Of a stretch of DNA of 64,000 bases, positions 10,767-20,446 are shown in pieces. The position numbers and the translations under genes were made by a program. This DNA is from Pelagibacteraceae bacterium AG-390-O04 (GTDB taxonomy: Bacteria; Pseudomonadota; Alphaproteobacteria; Pelagibacterales; Pelagibacteraceae), in assembly GCA_003278065.1 (NCBI GenBank), contig QCHE01000002.1:11388-75387 (forward strand), written 5' to 3'. Within the stretch, counting starts at the first letter, position 1. The number at the start of each line of letters is the position of its first letter. The notes under the pieces were generated by a model, which saw only the letters and a program-made list of their open reading frames with translations, did not search any database and had not been told where the DNA came from.

Positions 10767-10789
10767 TTTTTATAGAGATAGAAAAATTT

Positions 10790-10826
10790 AATAGGCGCCA
10801 ATTTAATAATTGGTGCCTATTTTTTT
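10790..10826 (+). terminator. Stem-loop after tauA
   Basis: ATAGGCGCCAATT-TAAT-AATTGGTGCCTAT followed by a T run. Confidence 0.75.
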
Positions 10827-10852
10827 AATAAAATTTTTTTATAAAGTTATTT

Positions 10853-11650
10853 ATGAGTGATTTAGTTTCTCAAAATCTAAATATGATTTTTAAAACTCCA
10901 AAAGGAGAAACTGTTCACGCATTAAAAGATGTAAATTTTACTCTTAAAAAAGGAGAGCTATTAACTGTTCTCGGACCATCAGGTTGCGGAAAAACAACCT
11001 TATTAAATATTACTGCTGGATTTATCAGACCGACATCAGGAAGTATAACTTTAAATAACAATGAAATTGATGGACCAGGTGTTGAACGAGGAATGGTTTT
11101 TCAACAAGGAGCTTTATTCGAATGGTTGACCGTTGCAGAAAATGTCAATTTTGGATTAAGAATGAAAAAAGAAGATCCAGTTAAAACATCAAAAAAAGTT
11201 GACGAGTGGTTAGACATAGTTGGTTTAAAAGGTTTTGGAAATACTCCAACCTATCAATTATCTGGAGGCATGCAGCAAAGAGTTGCTTTAGCAAGATGTC
11301 TTATTAATGATCCAGATTTAATTTTAATGGACGAGCCATTAGGAGCCCTTGATGCTCTAACAAGAGAAAAAATGCAGTCCTTAGTTTTAAAAATTTGGAA
11401 AGAAACTGGTAAAACAATTATCTTAATTACACACTCAGTTGAAGAAGCTTTATTATTGGGTGAAAGATTATACGTTATGGCTCCTCGTCCAGGTCGTATA
11501 CATAAAGAATATAATCTTCCATTTGCGTCGATGGGACTAAAAGAAGACTTAAGAGAAATAAAAAAGAATAAAGATTTTTCAGCAAAACGAGAAGAGATAT
11601 TAGAAATGATTTGGAATATGGAAGAGGAAATTATGGGGAAAGAAAATTAA
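10853..11650 (+). CDS. tauB: Taurine/sulfonate ABC transporter ATP-binding protein
   Basis: GPSGCGKT, LSGGMQQR, LMDEPLGALD. Confidence 0.88.
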   Translation: MSDLVSQNLNMIFKTPKGETVHALKDVNFTLKKGELLTVLGPSGCGKTTLLNITAGFIRPTSGSITLNNNEIDGPGVERGMVFQQGALFEWLTVAENVNFGLRMKKEDPVKTSKKVDEWLDIVGLKGFGNTPTYQLSGGMQQRVALARCLINDPDLILMDEPLGALDALTREKMQSLVLKIWKETGKTIILITHSVEEALLLGERLYVMAPRPGRIHKEYNLPFASMGLKEDLREIKKNKDFSAKREEILEMIWNMEEEIMGKEN

Positions 11651-13576
11651 ATGCTTACTCAAATAATTACATTTCTAATCTTTTTTGCTGTTATTGGCTG
11701 TATTCTTTATGGAAGACGTTTAATCAAAACCGAGAAAGTTGATGCAGTTTTTGGAAACCCTGAACGTGCATTAGGTGGAACTCATTGGGTAATTGTAGGA
11801 AGTAGTTTTCTACTTCTAATTTGGCTTTATTATTCATGGGATATTGCTAAAGGTTTTTATCCAAAATCTGCTAATGAACTTTGTCAGGTAGGCAAAGTAA
11901 ATGACGCACTATTAGGATTAAAATACCAATTTCCTATAGAAGAAAGAGAGTTAAAGAGCACTTCACAAATTAAACAAGAAAATAAGAACCTTAAAAAAAT
12001 CTCACTAGAAATACAAAATTCTCAAGAGCTTGATAATCAACAAAAAACAATTCTTGTTAGTTTTATTAATAAAACTAATCAGTTAATTCCGTTGTTGACT
12101 AACGAAGATTTATTAGAAAATGAGACCAGACAAAAAATAGATGATATTACTGGTAAAATTAACCTTCTTACTGAAAATTTTAAAAAACCTGATTATCCAT
12201 TTGAAACTGAACAAGAACTAAATGATAGACTTAAAGCAGTAAGCGAGGAAGGTGGTTGGGGGATTACAAAAATAGATGCTGGTTCAGGGAGTATTGAAAA
12301 TACAATAGAAGTTCCATTAATACCAGCAACTGATAGAGGTTTAAAATTTCATACTGCAGCACAAGAGTTAAACTTAATAAGTGATGAATTTTTTAAATTA
12401 CGAAACCATAACCCTCAATTCAAAAGTAAAATAAAAGAAATTAAAGATGAAATTAAAGTTTATAGAAAAGGCTTAGATGATAGTGAAGAAGTTGCCTCTA
12501 CATATGCTAAAAATATTGTTAAAATTGCCAGAAGAATAGAGTTCGCTAGTATCTATCCACCTAATGCATTAGATAAAATGCAAAATGCTATTATCAAATT
12601 TGATAATGCTCAAATTCAAGCTCAGGGTGGATTAAGATTTATTGATATTCTATTATTTCCTGCTGGAACAATTATCGCAAGTGGTCCAAGTTGTTCTGAA
12701 CAGGGCTCTGGTAGATGGCTTCCAAAACCATCTGATACTTTTAATAAATTCATTCTAATGTCAAAACCTAGCGTTGGTTATAAAGATATTCCCCTTTTAT
12801 GGATAAAAATGGTTGATCTTAGTAATGTAATTGGTTTTATTTTACCTGATTGGATTGCAGACATTTTACCAGGTGAATACCCTGTACACACAAAAGATGG
12901 GATTGTTAAACAAAACTTTAAAGGGTCAGTTTTAAAAATTGTAACAGGTGATTTTAAATTTTTAAAAGTGCCTGTTCCGTATGGTCATATCTGGGATTCT
13001 TTTATGAGGGTTTTTCTTGGATTAGTTTTTGGAATAATTATTGGTGTTCCATTAGGATTATTTATGGGATTAAATAGATTTGCTAAAGGTTTTTTTGATC
13101 CTTTAATTGAACTATATAGACCTGTTCCTCCTTTGGCTTGGGCACCCTTAATTATTTCTGTATTAGGTATTGATAATACTGGAAAAGTTTTTCTACTATT
13201 TATGGTTTCATTATCAATTATGATAATTTCAGCTAGGGCTGGTGCTTCTGGAACTCAATTGTCAAAAATCCATGCTGCTCACTCTTTAGGTGCATCGAAA
13301 AAACAAATATTAAGGTATGTAATTTTTCCTAACTCTTTGCCAGAAATTTTAACTGGAATTAGAGTTGCTGTAGGTATGTGCTGGGGTACATTAGTGGCTG
13401 CTGAATTTTTAGCAGGTACTACAGGAATAGGATTTGTAGAAAATGTTGCTAAAAAATATTTCCAATATGAAGTAATCTGGATAACAATATTTATTATGGG
13501 AATGCTTGGTCTTTTATTTGATATAACTTTAAGAAAAATAATTGATAAGACAATTCCTTGGCGTGGAAAAGGTTAA
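11651..13576 (+). CDS. tauC: TauC/SsuC-type ABC permease with a large N-terminal insertion
   Basis: C-terminal RPVPPLAWAP, AAHSLGAS, WGTLVAAE core; about 440 extra N-terminal residues. Confidence 0.8.
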   Translation: MLTQIITFLIFFAVIGCILYGRRLIKTEKVDAVFGNPERALGGTHWVIVGSSFLLLIWLYYSWDIAKGFYPKSANELCQVGKVNDALLGLKYQFPIEERELKSTSQIKQENKNLKKISLEIQNSQELDNQQKTILVSFINKTNQLIPLLTNEDLLENETRQKIDDITGKINLLTENFKKPDYPFETEQELNDRLKAVSEEGGWGITKIDAGSGSIENTIEVPLIPATDRGLKFHTAAQELNLISDEFFKLRNHNPQFKSKIKEIKDEIKVYRKGLDDSEEVASTYAKNIVKIARRIEFASIYPPNALDKMQNAIIKFDNAQIQAQGGLRFIDILLFPAGTIIASGPSCSEQGSGRWLPKPSDTFNKFILMSKPSVGYKDIPLLWIKMVDLSNVIGFILPDWIADILPGEYPVHTKDGIVKQNFKGSVLKIVTGDFKFLKVPVPYGHIWDSFMRVFLGLVFGIIIGVPLGLFMGLNRFAKGFFDPLIELYRPVPPLAWAPLIISVLGIDNTGKVFLLFMVSLSIMIISARAGASGTQLSKIHAAHSLGASKKQILRYVIFPNSLPEILTGIRVAVGMCWGTLVAAEFLAGTTGIGFVENVAKKYFQYEVIWITIFIMGMLGLLFDITLRKIIDKTIPWRGKG

Positions 13577-13577
13577 T

Positions 13578-14582
13578 TTGAAAATAAATATTATTAAAAA
13601 AGAAATAATTAGTATCTTTAAAAAGTTTGGTTTAAGTAATGATCATGCTTTAATTTCTGCAAATGCTTTAATTAATGCAGAATTAGTTGGTGCCTATGGT
13701 CATGGTTTGTCTCGACTAAAAATGTATTGTGATCGAATAAAAAAAAAAGTTATTAATCCAAAACCTAATATAAAAATCAAAAAAATTTCTCAATCTATTT
13801 CTCATATTGATGCTAACGATAGCATTGGATTTGTTGCTGCAGATATTGCAATTAAAAAAGCTATTCAAAATGCAAAAAAAACTGGTATTGGAATGGTTGC
13901 TGTCAAAAATAGTGGTCACTATGGATTGTCTGGATATTACGCAGAACAAGCTGTTAAAAAAAATTTAATAACAATGATATATACTAATGCTCCCCCTGCT
14001 GTTGCACCCCATGGTGCTTTAAAAAGTTTATTTGGAACCAATCCAATATGTTTTGGTACTCCAACAGGATCCAAGATTCCTTTTATTCTAGATACATCAA
14101 TTTCTATGATCAATAGAGGAAAAATTAGAGTAGCTGCAAGAAATAATCAAAAAATTCCCGAGGGTGTTGCCTTAGATAAATTTGGGAAGCCAACAGTAAA
14201 TGCAAGAAAAGCTCTTGAAGGTGTTCAATTACCAATTGCAGGATTCAGAGGATCAGGATTAGCTTGGATGGTTGATATTTTAAGTGGAGTCTTAACTGGA
14301 GGAAATCATGCTGGTAGAGTTAAAGATCCATTTGATGATTTTTCTGGACCACAAAATATTGGACATTTATTCATCACATTTAAAACAAATTTATTTGTAA
14401 AAAATTATAATAATAGAATAAATAATAATATTAAAACTATAAAAAGATTACCAAAGATTAAAGGTGTAAAGGAAATAATGTACCCTGGTCAAAATAAATA
14501 TAAAAGATACAAAATAAACTCAAAAAAAGATATTAAGATTTCAGAAATGATAAAAAAGGATTTAAAAAATTTAAAAATTTAA
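13578..14582 (+). CDS. Ldh_2 family (ComC/(R)-sulfolactate or malate/L-lactate) dehydrogenase
   Basis: GHGLSRL, NSGHYG, GTNPI, DTS, GFRGSGL; probable TTG start at 13578. Confidence 0.8.
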   Translation: MKINIIKKEIISIFKKFGLSNDHALISANALINAELVGAYGHGLSRLKMYCDRIKKKVINPKPNIKIKKISQSISHIDANDSIGFVAADIAIKKAIQNAKKTGIGMVAVKNSGHYGLSGYYAEQAVKKNLITMIYTNAPPAVAPHGALKSLFGTNPICFGTPTGSKIPFILDTSISMINRGKIRVAARNNQKIPEGVALDKFGKPTVNARKALEGVQLPIAGFRGSGLAWMVDILSGVLTGGNHAGRVKDPFDDFSGPQNIGHLFITFKTNLFVKNYNNRINNNIKTIKRLPKIKGVKEIMYPGQNKYKRYKINSKKDIKISEMIKKDLKNLKI

Positions 14583-14584
14583 TT

Positions 14585-15496
14585 ATGCTTTCCAGTAAAG
14601 AAATACTTTGTCCAAATAATTTATTAAATGTAGCTCATAAAAAAAAAGGTGTAAAAGCTGGAGTGGTAAATGCTGGTAAACCTTTACCAATGCTTTCAGT
14701 GCAAGACGCAGTTAATGAAAATTTGATTGAACCAATCTTTATTGGAGATAAAAAAGAAATTATGAAATGTGCGGAAGATTTAAAATGGGACATTTCAAAA
14801 TATGAAATTATTGATGAACCTATTGAAAATAACACAGCAACTATTGCTGCTAAACTAGCTAGTGAAGAAAAAATAAGAATTATAGTTAAAGGGCATATTC
14901 ATACTGATATACTCATGAAAGAAGTTTTAAAAAGAGAGTATAATTTATTAGGAAAAACTAGACTAAGTCACATTTGGCATATGACTTTGGAAAAAGATGA
15001 TAAGCCACTTATCATTACAGATGGTGCATTAAATGTTTTACCTAATGTAAAAACAAAAATGCATATTTTAAAAAATGTAATCAATTTTTCAAATAGAATT
15101 GGAATTGATAGACCAAAGATAGCTGTTCTGTCAGCAACGGAAGAGGTTTTAGACAGTGTTCCTAGCTCTAAAGAGGCAGAAGAAATAACAAGACTTGCAA
15201 AAAAAGAAAATTTAAATGCCGATGTTTTTGGTCCTTTAGCCTTTGATAATAGTATTTCAAAAAAATCTGCAGCAATTAAAGGTATTAAAAATGATGTGGC
15301 TGGAGTGGCTGATGTCTTGCTAGTACCAAGTGTTGAAACAGGCAACAGTCTTGTTAAAATGTTAATTTATTTTTGTGGAGCTTGTGCCGCTGGTGTTGTT
15401 GTGGGTGGTAAAGTTCCTGTAGTAATTACTAGCCGATCTGATGAAGCTCAAGCTAGATTGGCTTCTATTGCAGCAGCTATAGTAGCTTTAGACTGA
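14585..15496 (+). CDS. pta: Phosphate acetyl/butyryltransferase
   Basis: VKGHIHT, ITDGALNVLP, GPLAFDNSIS, VITSRSD. Confidence 0.82.
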   Translation: MLSSKEILCPNNLLNVAHKKKGVKAGVVNAGKPLPMLSVQDAVNENLIEPIFIGDKKEIMKCAEDLKWDISKYEIIDEPIENNTATIAAKLASEEKIRIIVKGHIHTDILMKEVLKREYNLLGKTRLSHIWHMTLEKDDKPLIITDGALNVLPNVKTKMHILKNVINFSNRIGIDRPKIAVLSATEEVLDSVPSSKEAEEITRLAKKENLNADVFGPLAFDNSISKKSAAIKGIKNDVAGVADVLLVPSVETGNSLVKMLIYFCGACAAGVVVGGKVPVVITSRSDEAQARLASIAAAIVALD

Positions 15497-15590
15497 TTCT
15501 AATTAATAATTCAAAATTATTTTGAATTCTTCATTGAAAAAAAAGAACTTATACTTTAAATACATTTCCATTAATCAATAAAAACAATCA

Positions 15591-16877
15591 ATGGCTATAA
15601 AATATTTAAAAAAATCACCCAAAACGTCATCAACAGATGATTCAAAGACTACAGAAATTGTAAAAGACCTTTTAAAAGAGATTGAAAGCTCTAAAGAAGA
15701 GGCGTGTATTAACTTAACAAAAAAATTTGATAAATATGAAGGTGAAATTGTTGTTTCCAAAGAAAGAATTGAAAAAATTAAAAAAGAATTAGATCAAAAA
15801 ACAAAAGATGATATTCAATTTTCTCATGAAAGAGTAAGAAAATTTGCAGAAGCACAATTAAAAAATTATGGCCAAGATTTTGAAGTTGAGCTTTCTCCAG
15901 GATTGTTTGCGGGTCAAAAGTTAATACCAGTTAATACGGCTGGTTGTTATATTCCAGGTGGAAGATATGCTCATATAGCTTCAGCTGTTATGAGTGTAAC
16001 TACTGCTAAAGTGGCTGGTGTTAAAAATATTATTGCTTGTAGTCCACCAAAAGAAGGTATTGGTGCTCATCCAGCAATTGTTTATACTGCCGACCTATGT
16101 GGTGCTGATGTAATATTAAACCTGGGTGGAGTTCCAGGAATAGCTGCAATGACCAATGGTTTATTTAAAAATCCACCAGCTGATATTTTAGTAGGACCAG
16201 GAAATCAATTTGTTGCTGAAGCAAAAAGAATTTTATTTGGAAAAGTTGGTATTGATTTATTTGCAGGTCCAACAGAAATAGCTGTCATTGCAGATGATAA
16301 AGCTGATGCTGAAATGGTTGCAGTTGACTTAGTTGGTCAAGCTGAACATGGTTATAACTCTCCTGCTTGGTTATATACAACAAGTAAAAGATTGGCTGAA
16401 GAAGTGATGAAAAGAGTTCCTGAATTAATTGCTGAATTACCAGAAGTGCCAAGAACAAGTGCTGAAGCAGCCTGGAGAGATTATGGTGAAGTAATTTTAT
16501 GTGACACAGACGAAGAAATGGCAACTATAAGTGATGAATATGCCCCTGAGCATCTTGAAGTTCAAACTCAAAATCTTGAATGGTTTCACAAACGATTAAA
16601 AAATTATGGATCATTATTTATTGGAGAAGAAACTACTGTAGCATATGGAGATAAATGCTCTGGAACAAACCATATATTACCCACAAAAGGTGCAGGAAGA
16701 TATACTGGTGGTTTATTTGTTGGTAAGTTTATTAAAACTTTAAGTTTTCAAAGAATGACAAAAGAGTCTACTAAATCAGTAGGTGCTGCATGTGCAAGAA
16801 TATCTAGATATGAAGGCATGGAAGCACATGCAAGAACAGGTGACGTAAGACTTAGAAAATATGGATTTTCAAATTAG
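15591..16877 (+). CDS. hpsN: Sulfopropanediol (DHPS) 3-dehydrogenase, histidinol dehydrogenase homologue
   Basis: HisD fold with HpsN-type GCYIPGGRY, GQAEHG, VAYGDK.SGTNHILPT; sulfonate-cluster context. Confidence 0.8.
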   Translation: MAIKYLKKSPKTSSTDDSKTTEIVKDLLKEIESSKEEACINLTKKFDKYEGEIVVSKERIEKIKKELDQKTKDDIQFSHERVRKFAEAQLKNYGQDFEVELSPGLFAGQKLIPVNTAGCYIPGGRYAHIASAVMSVTTAKVAGVKNIIACSPPKEGIGAHPAIVYTADLCGADVILNLGGVPGIAAMTNGLFKNPPADILVGPGNQFVAEAKRILFGKVGIDLFAGPTEIAVIADDKADAEMVAVDLVGQAEHGYNSPAWLYTTSKRLAEEVMKRVPELIAELPEVPRTSAEAAWRDYGEVILCDTDEEMATISDEYAPEHLEVQTQNLEWFHKRLKNYGSLFIGEETTVAYGDKCSGTNHILPTKGAGRYTGGLFVGKFIKTLSFQRMTKESTKSVGAACARISRYEGMEAHARTGDVRLRKYGFSN

Positions 16878-17483
16878 ATAGGCTGTTTCTTTAATTATAT
16901 AAATTGTAAGTAAAGACATGAAAGCAATTATAAAAATATTTATAAATTTCCATATTTTATCATCTTGAGCATATTTTGAGAAATAAGTAGACATATAACC
17001 TATTAAAAAAAAGAAAATAAAAGACGCGATAGAAGCACCAATTCCAAAATATATTTTTTCTTCTAATAAAAAGTTTTTTGAAAAATTGCCTAAAAAGAAA
17101 ACAGTATCAGAATATACATGAGCATTTAAATATGTAAAACCAAGTGTTCTAAGTGATATTTCTATTTTGGATGTATCTTTTACTTCACTATTAAAACTTA
17201 TATTTCCTCTAATAGATTTAATTTTTGAAAAGACAAAATAAATTAAAAAAATTATTAATAATATATTTAAGGTTAATTCTACTAATAAATTAAAGTACTG
17301 ATGGAAAAAATGAAATAAAAGTATACCAAAAAATATCAATAATAAGTCTGAAAGAGAACAGATAAAACAAACTAAAAAAACATATTGTCTTTTAAGACCC
17401 TGTTCTATTACAAAAATATTTTGTGCACCAATTGCTAAAATTAAACTTAGCCCGGTAAAAAAACCTAATACCAGGTATTCCAT
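16869..17483 (-). CDS. LysE/ArgO family exporter
   Basis: LILAIGAQNIFVIEQGL, TYLNAHVYSDT. Confidence 0.85.
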   Translation of the reverse strand: MEYLVLGFFTGLSLILAIGAQNIFVIEQGLKRQYVFLVCFICSLSDLLLIFFGILLFHFFHQYFNLLVELTLNILLIIFLIYFVFSKIKSIRGNISFNSEVKDTSKIEISLRTLGFTYLNAHVYSDTVFFLGNFSKNFLLEEKIYFGIGASIASFIFFFLIGYMSTYFSKYAQDDKIWKFINIFIIAFMSLLTIYIIKETAYLI

Positions 17484-17494
17484 CTAAGCTTAGA

Positions 17495-17905
17495 TTACTC
17501 TGAATTAGCTGTTAGAGTTTTTATTTCTAAAATATTTTCGTTAGGGTCCTTTACAAAAAAAGTTTCTTGCTCATATTTTGTACCTTTAAACCTTAGGTAA
17601 GGCTCATCATAATATTTAGCCCCTTTTTCTTTTAATCTATTTTTTAAAGTATCAAAATCTTTTCTTGATAAATGAACTCCAAAATGAGGAACAGAAACAT
17701 TTCCCATATCTACATCGTGTCTTTCACTGTCTAATTTGTGATCACTAGCATGGAGAGTTAATTCATTGCCCCAAAAATCGACATCTGCCCATTCTTGAGC
17801 TGAATTGTCAAGACGACAACCTAGTGTTTCACTATAAAATTTTTTTGCTGTTTCTAAATCACCGCAAGGTATTGCTAAGTGAAAACAGTTAGTATTTTTG
17901 TACAT
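17495..17905 (-). CDS. VOC/glyoxalase family protein
   Basis: FHLAIP..DL..FY..LGC, VPHFG, FVKDPNENILE. Confidence 0.85.
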   Translation of the reverse strand: MYKNTNCFHLAIPCGDLETAKKFYSETLGCRLDNSAQEWADVDFWGNELTLHASDHKLDSERHDVDMGNVSVPHFGVHLSRKDFDTLKNRLKEKGAKYYDEPYLRFKGTKYEQETFFVKDPNENILEIKTLTANSE

Positions 17906-17977
17906 AATTTCTCCTTTAAAATCTTAATATAAACACTATATAACTTAGACAAATTTTTATATCAAGCTTACAAATTT

Positions 17978-18547
17978 ATGAATGATTTCTTACAATCTAT
18001 AATTGACAGAGACCCTGCGGCAAAATCTAAGTTAAGTTTGATATTAACTTACCCTGGTGTAAAAGCTATTTTTTTTCACAAAATTGCAAATTTTTTCGCA
18101 ATAGCAAAGTTTTATTTAATTGCAAGAATCATATCCCAATTCTCAAGATTTTTAACTGGAATAGAGATTCATCCAAAAGCAAAAATTGGAAAAAATTTAT
18201 TTATTGATCATGGTATGGGTGTAGTGATTGGTGAAACGTCTGAGATCGGTAATAATGTTACTATCTATCATAATGTTACTTTAGGAGGAATTGCGCCAAG
18301 TATTAATTCTAACAATCAAAGAGATATGAAAAGACATCCTACTTTAGAAGATAATGTGGTAATCGGATCTGGTGCACAAATTTTAGGACCAATTACAATA
18401 GGAAAAAATTCTTTAATAGGATCTAATTCAGTAGTAACAAAAAATGTTCCAGAGAAATCTGTAATGGCGGGTATACCTGCAAAAAGAGTTGGTGATGCAA
18501 ACAAAGGATTTAAACCTTATGCTGTTACTGATGAAGAAAAAGAATAA
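17978..18547 (+). CDS. cysE: Serine O-acetyltransferase
   Basis: [32 protein letters not shown] hexapeptide repeats. Confidence 0.93.
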   Translation: MNDFLQSIIDRDPAAKSKLSLILTYPGVKAIFFHKIANFFAIAKFYLIARIISQFSRFLTGIEIHPKAKIGKNLFIDHGMGVVIGETSEIGNNVTIYHNVTLGGIAPSINSNNQRDMKRHPTLEDNVVIGSGAQILGPITIGKNSLIGSNSVVTKNVPEKSVMAGIPAKRVGDANKGFKPYAVTDEEKE

Positions 18548-19548
18548 TGACAAATATAAGAAATAATTTCATCGACTCGATTGGTAATACTCCTTTAATA
18601 AAATTAAAAGCTGCATCAGAAATAACAGGATGCAACATATATGGAAAAGCAGAATTTTTAAATCCAGGAGGTTCTGTTAAAGACAGAGCGGCTTTGGCTT
18701 TAATTAAAGATGCTCAAGAAAAAAAATTAATTTCAAAAGGTGGGGTTGTTGTTGAGGGAACTGCGGGTAATACAGGTATTGGATTAGGTCTTTTAGGTAA
18801 TTCACTTGGTTATAAAACTATTATAGTAATGAATGACAATCAAACTCAAGAAAAGAAAGATACTTTAAAAAACCTTGGTGCAGAGTTAAGACTGGTTCCA
18901 GCTAAACCATATAAAGATGATGGTAATTATGTAAAGGTTGCTGCAAGACTTGCTGATGAATTAAGACCCTCTAACAACAATGGAGTTGTCTGGGCTAATC
19001 AATTTGATAACACAGCTAACGCAAAAGGTCATTATGAAGGAACAGGAAAAGAAATTTGGGAACAAACTGAGGGTAAAGTAGATGGTTTTGTTTGTTCTTC
19101 AGGCACAGGTGGAACAATTTCAGGGGTTAGTAACGCTCTTAAAGAAAAGAATAAAAATATAAAGATTTATTTATCTGATCCAAAAGGTTCTGCTCTTTAC
19201 AATTATATTAAGAATGGTGAATTAAGATCTGAAGGAGGTTCAATCACAGAAGGTATTGGATCAAGTAGAATTACAAAAAATTTTGAAAATGCAAAAATTG
19301 ATGATGCTTTCTCAATTGATGATCATGAGGCCTTACCTATACTTTATGATCTAATACAAAACGAGGGCTTAAGTTTAGGTACGAGTTGTGGAATTAATAT
19401 TGCTGGTGCTATTAGGCTTGGAAAAGAATTAGGCCCAGGAAAAACTATTGTTACTATTCTTTGTGACAAGTCAGATAAATACAACTCAAAGATGTTTAAC
19501 AAATCTTTTTTAAAAGAAAAAAAACTACCTTTTCCTAGCTGGCTATAA
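18547..19548 (+). CDS. cysK: Cysteine synthase (O-acetylserine sulfhydrylase)
   Basis: IGNTPL, NPGGSVKDR, EGTAGNTG, GTGGT, EGIG. Confidence 0.9.
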   Translation: MTNIRNNFIDSIGNTPLIKLKAASEITGCNIYGKAEFLNPGGSVKDRAALALIKDAQEKKLISKGGVVVEGTAGNTGIGLGLLGNSLGYKTIIVMNDNQTQEKKDTLKNLGAELRLVPAKPYKDDGNYVKVAARLADELRPSNNNGVVWANQFDNTANAKGHYEGTGKEIWEQTEGKVDGFVCSSGTGGTISGVSNALKEKNKNIKIYLSDPKGSALYNYIKNGELRSEGGSITEGIGSSRITKNFENAKIDDAFSIDDHEALPILYDLIQNEGLSLGTSCGINIAGAIRLGKELGPGKTIVTILCDKSDKYNSKMFNKSFLKEKKLPFPSWL

Positions 19549-19655
19549 TATCGCATACCAGCTATGTAACAAAACTGTTACTTTTTTAGCATACATTTAA
19601 TTAACTTTATAATTAAATAAAGATTAGCGGAGATCTTTATTTGAAAGGAGATACT

Positions 19656-20048
19656 GTGCTAATAAAAAACATTTTAAAAATCTTTGCTACCTACTGTATA
19701 GCAATTTTAATATCTACTTCATCAATTGCTGGTATGAGTGACAATGACAAGTCTAAAGCTTGGGATTGCGTTGGTATTTATATGGCTAACTACTTTCTTC
19801 CATCTGGTGAAACATTTGAATACGCCATGAAAGAAAAATCTATATCAACTGTAAAAGTATTAAAAACTTATGCTCTTGAAATAGGTATTCCTGAAAAAGA
19901 GTGGGATGAAGGAGTAAATAAAGCAGTAGATAAACATTACGGCTCTAAATATGACAAAGCTAAAACCGATAAATGTCATACATTTGTAGAGGCTTTGGTT
20001 CCAAACGGAGCTGAAAGAGTGAAAAAAGTAATTCAAACTTTATATTAA
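19656..20048 (+). CDS. Secreted hypothetical protein (paralogue 1)
   Basis: GAAAGGAG SD then GTG at 19656; signal peptide; two mature-region Cys. Confidence 0.75.
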   Translation: MLIKNILKIFATYCIAILISTSSIAGMSDNDKSKAWDCVGIYMANYFLPSGETFEYAMKEKSISTVKVLKTYALEIGIPEKEWDEGVNKAVDKHYGSKYDKAKTDKCHTFVEALVPNGAERVKKVIQTLY

Positions 20049-20050
20049 AT

Positions 20051-20431
20051 ATGAAAAAAATAATTTTAACTTTATTGTTTGTATATTTTACATTTTCTGC
20101 TTTTGCAGATGGTCATTTAAGCAAAGCAGATAAAGAGAAAACAATAGAATGTACCGGAATTTATTATGCTAATAGCATGATACCCCAGGGAGAGCTTGAA
20201 TTAGAAAAAATTGTTCACTCTTTTGCAGCTAAAAAGTTTTTAAATTCTTATTTGTTAAAGGAAGGCGTTAAGGAAGAAAAACTTAACGAAGAATTATTAA
20301 AAGTTGTCGATATTCGTTATGGTAAACCATATGAAGAAGAAACAACAAAAAAATGCGATGAATTTATCTTTAAATTAATTTCTGGATCTAAAGATGAAAT
20401 CAAAAAAATAGCGGAGTCAGGAATATATTAA
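20051..20431 (+). CDS. Secreted hypothetical protein (paralogue 2)
   Basis: Signal peptide ending AFA; aligns by eye with the preceding ORF. Confidence 0.78.
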   Translation: MKKIILTLLFVYFTFSAFADGHLSKADKEKTIECTGIYYANSMIPQGELELEKIVHSFAAKKFLNSYLLKEGVKEEKLNEELLKVVDIRYGKPYEEETTKKCDEFIFKLISGSKDEIKKIAESGIY

Positions 20432-20446
20432 TAAACAAGGAGAAAA

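Noticed and set aside
15591-16877. Annotation as hisD
   Set aside because: The AYGDK motif and sulfonate-cluster context fit the HpsN subfamily better.
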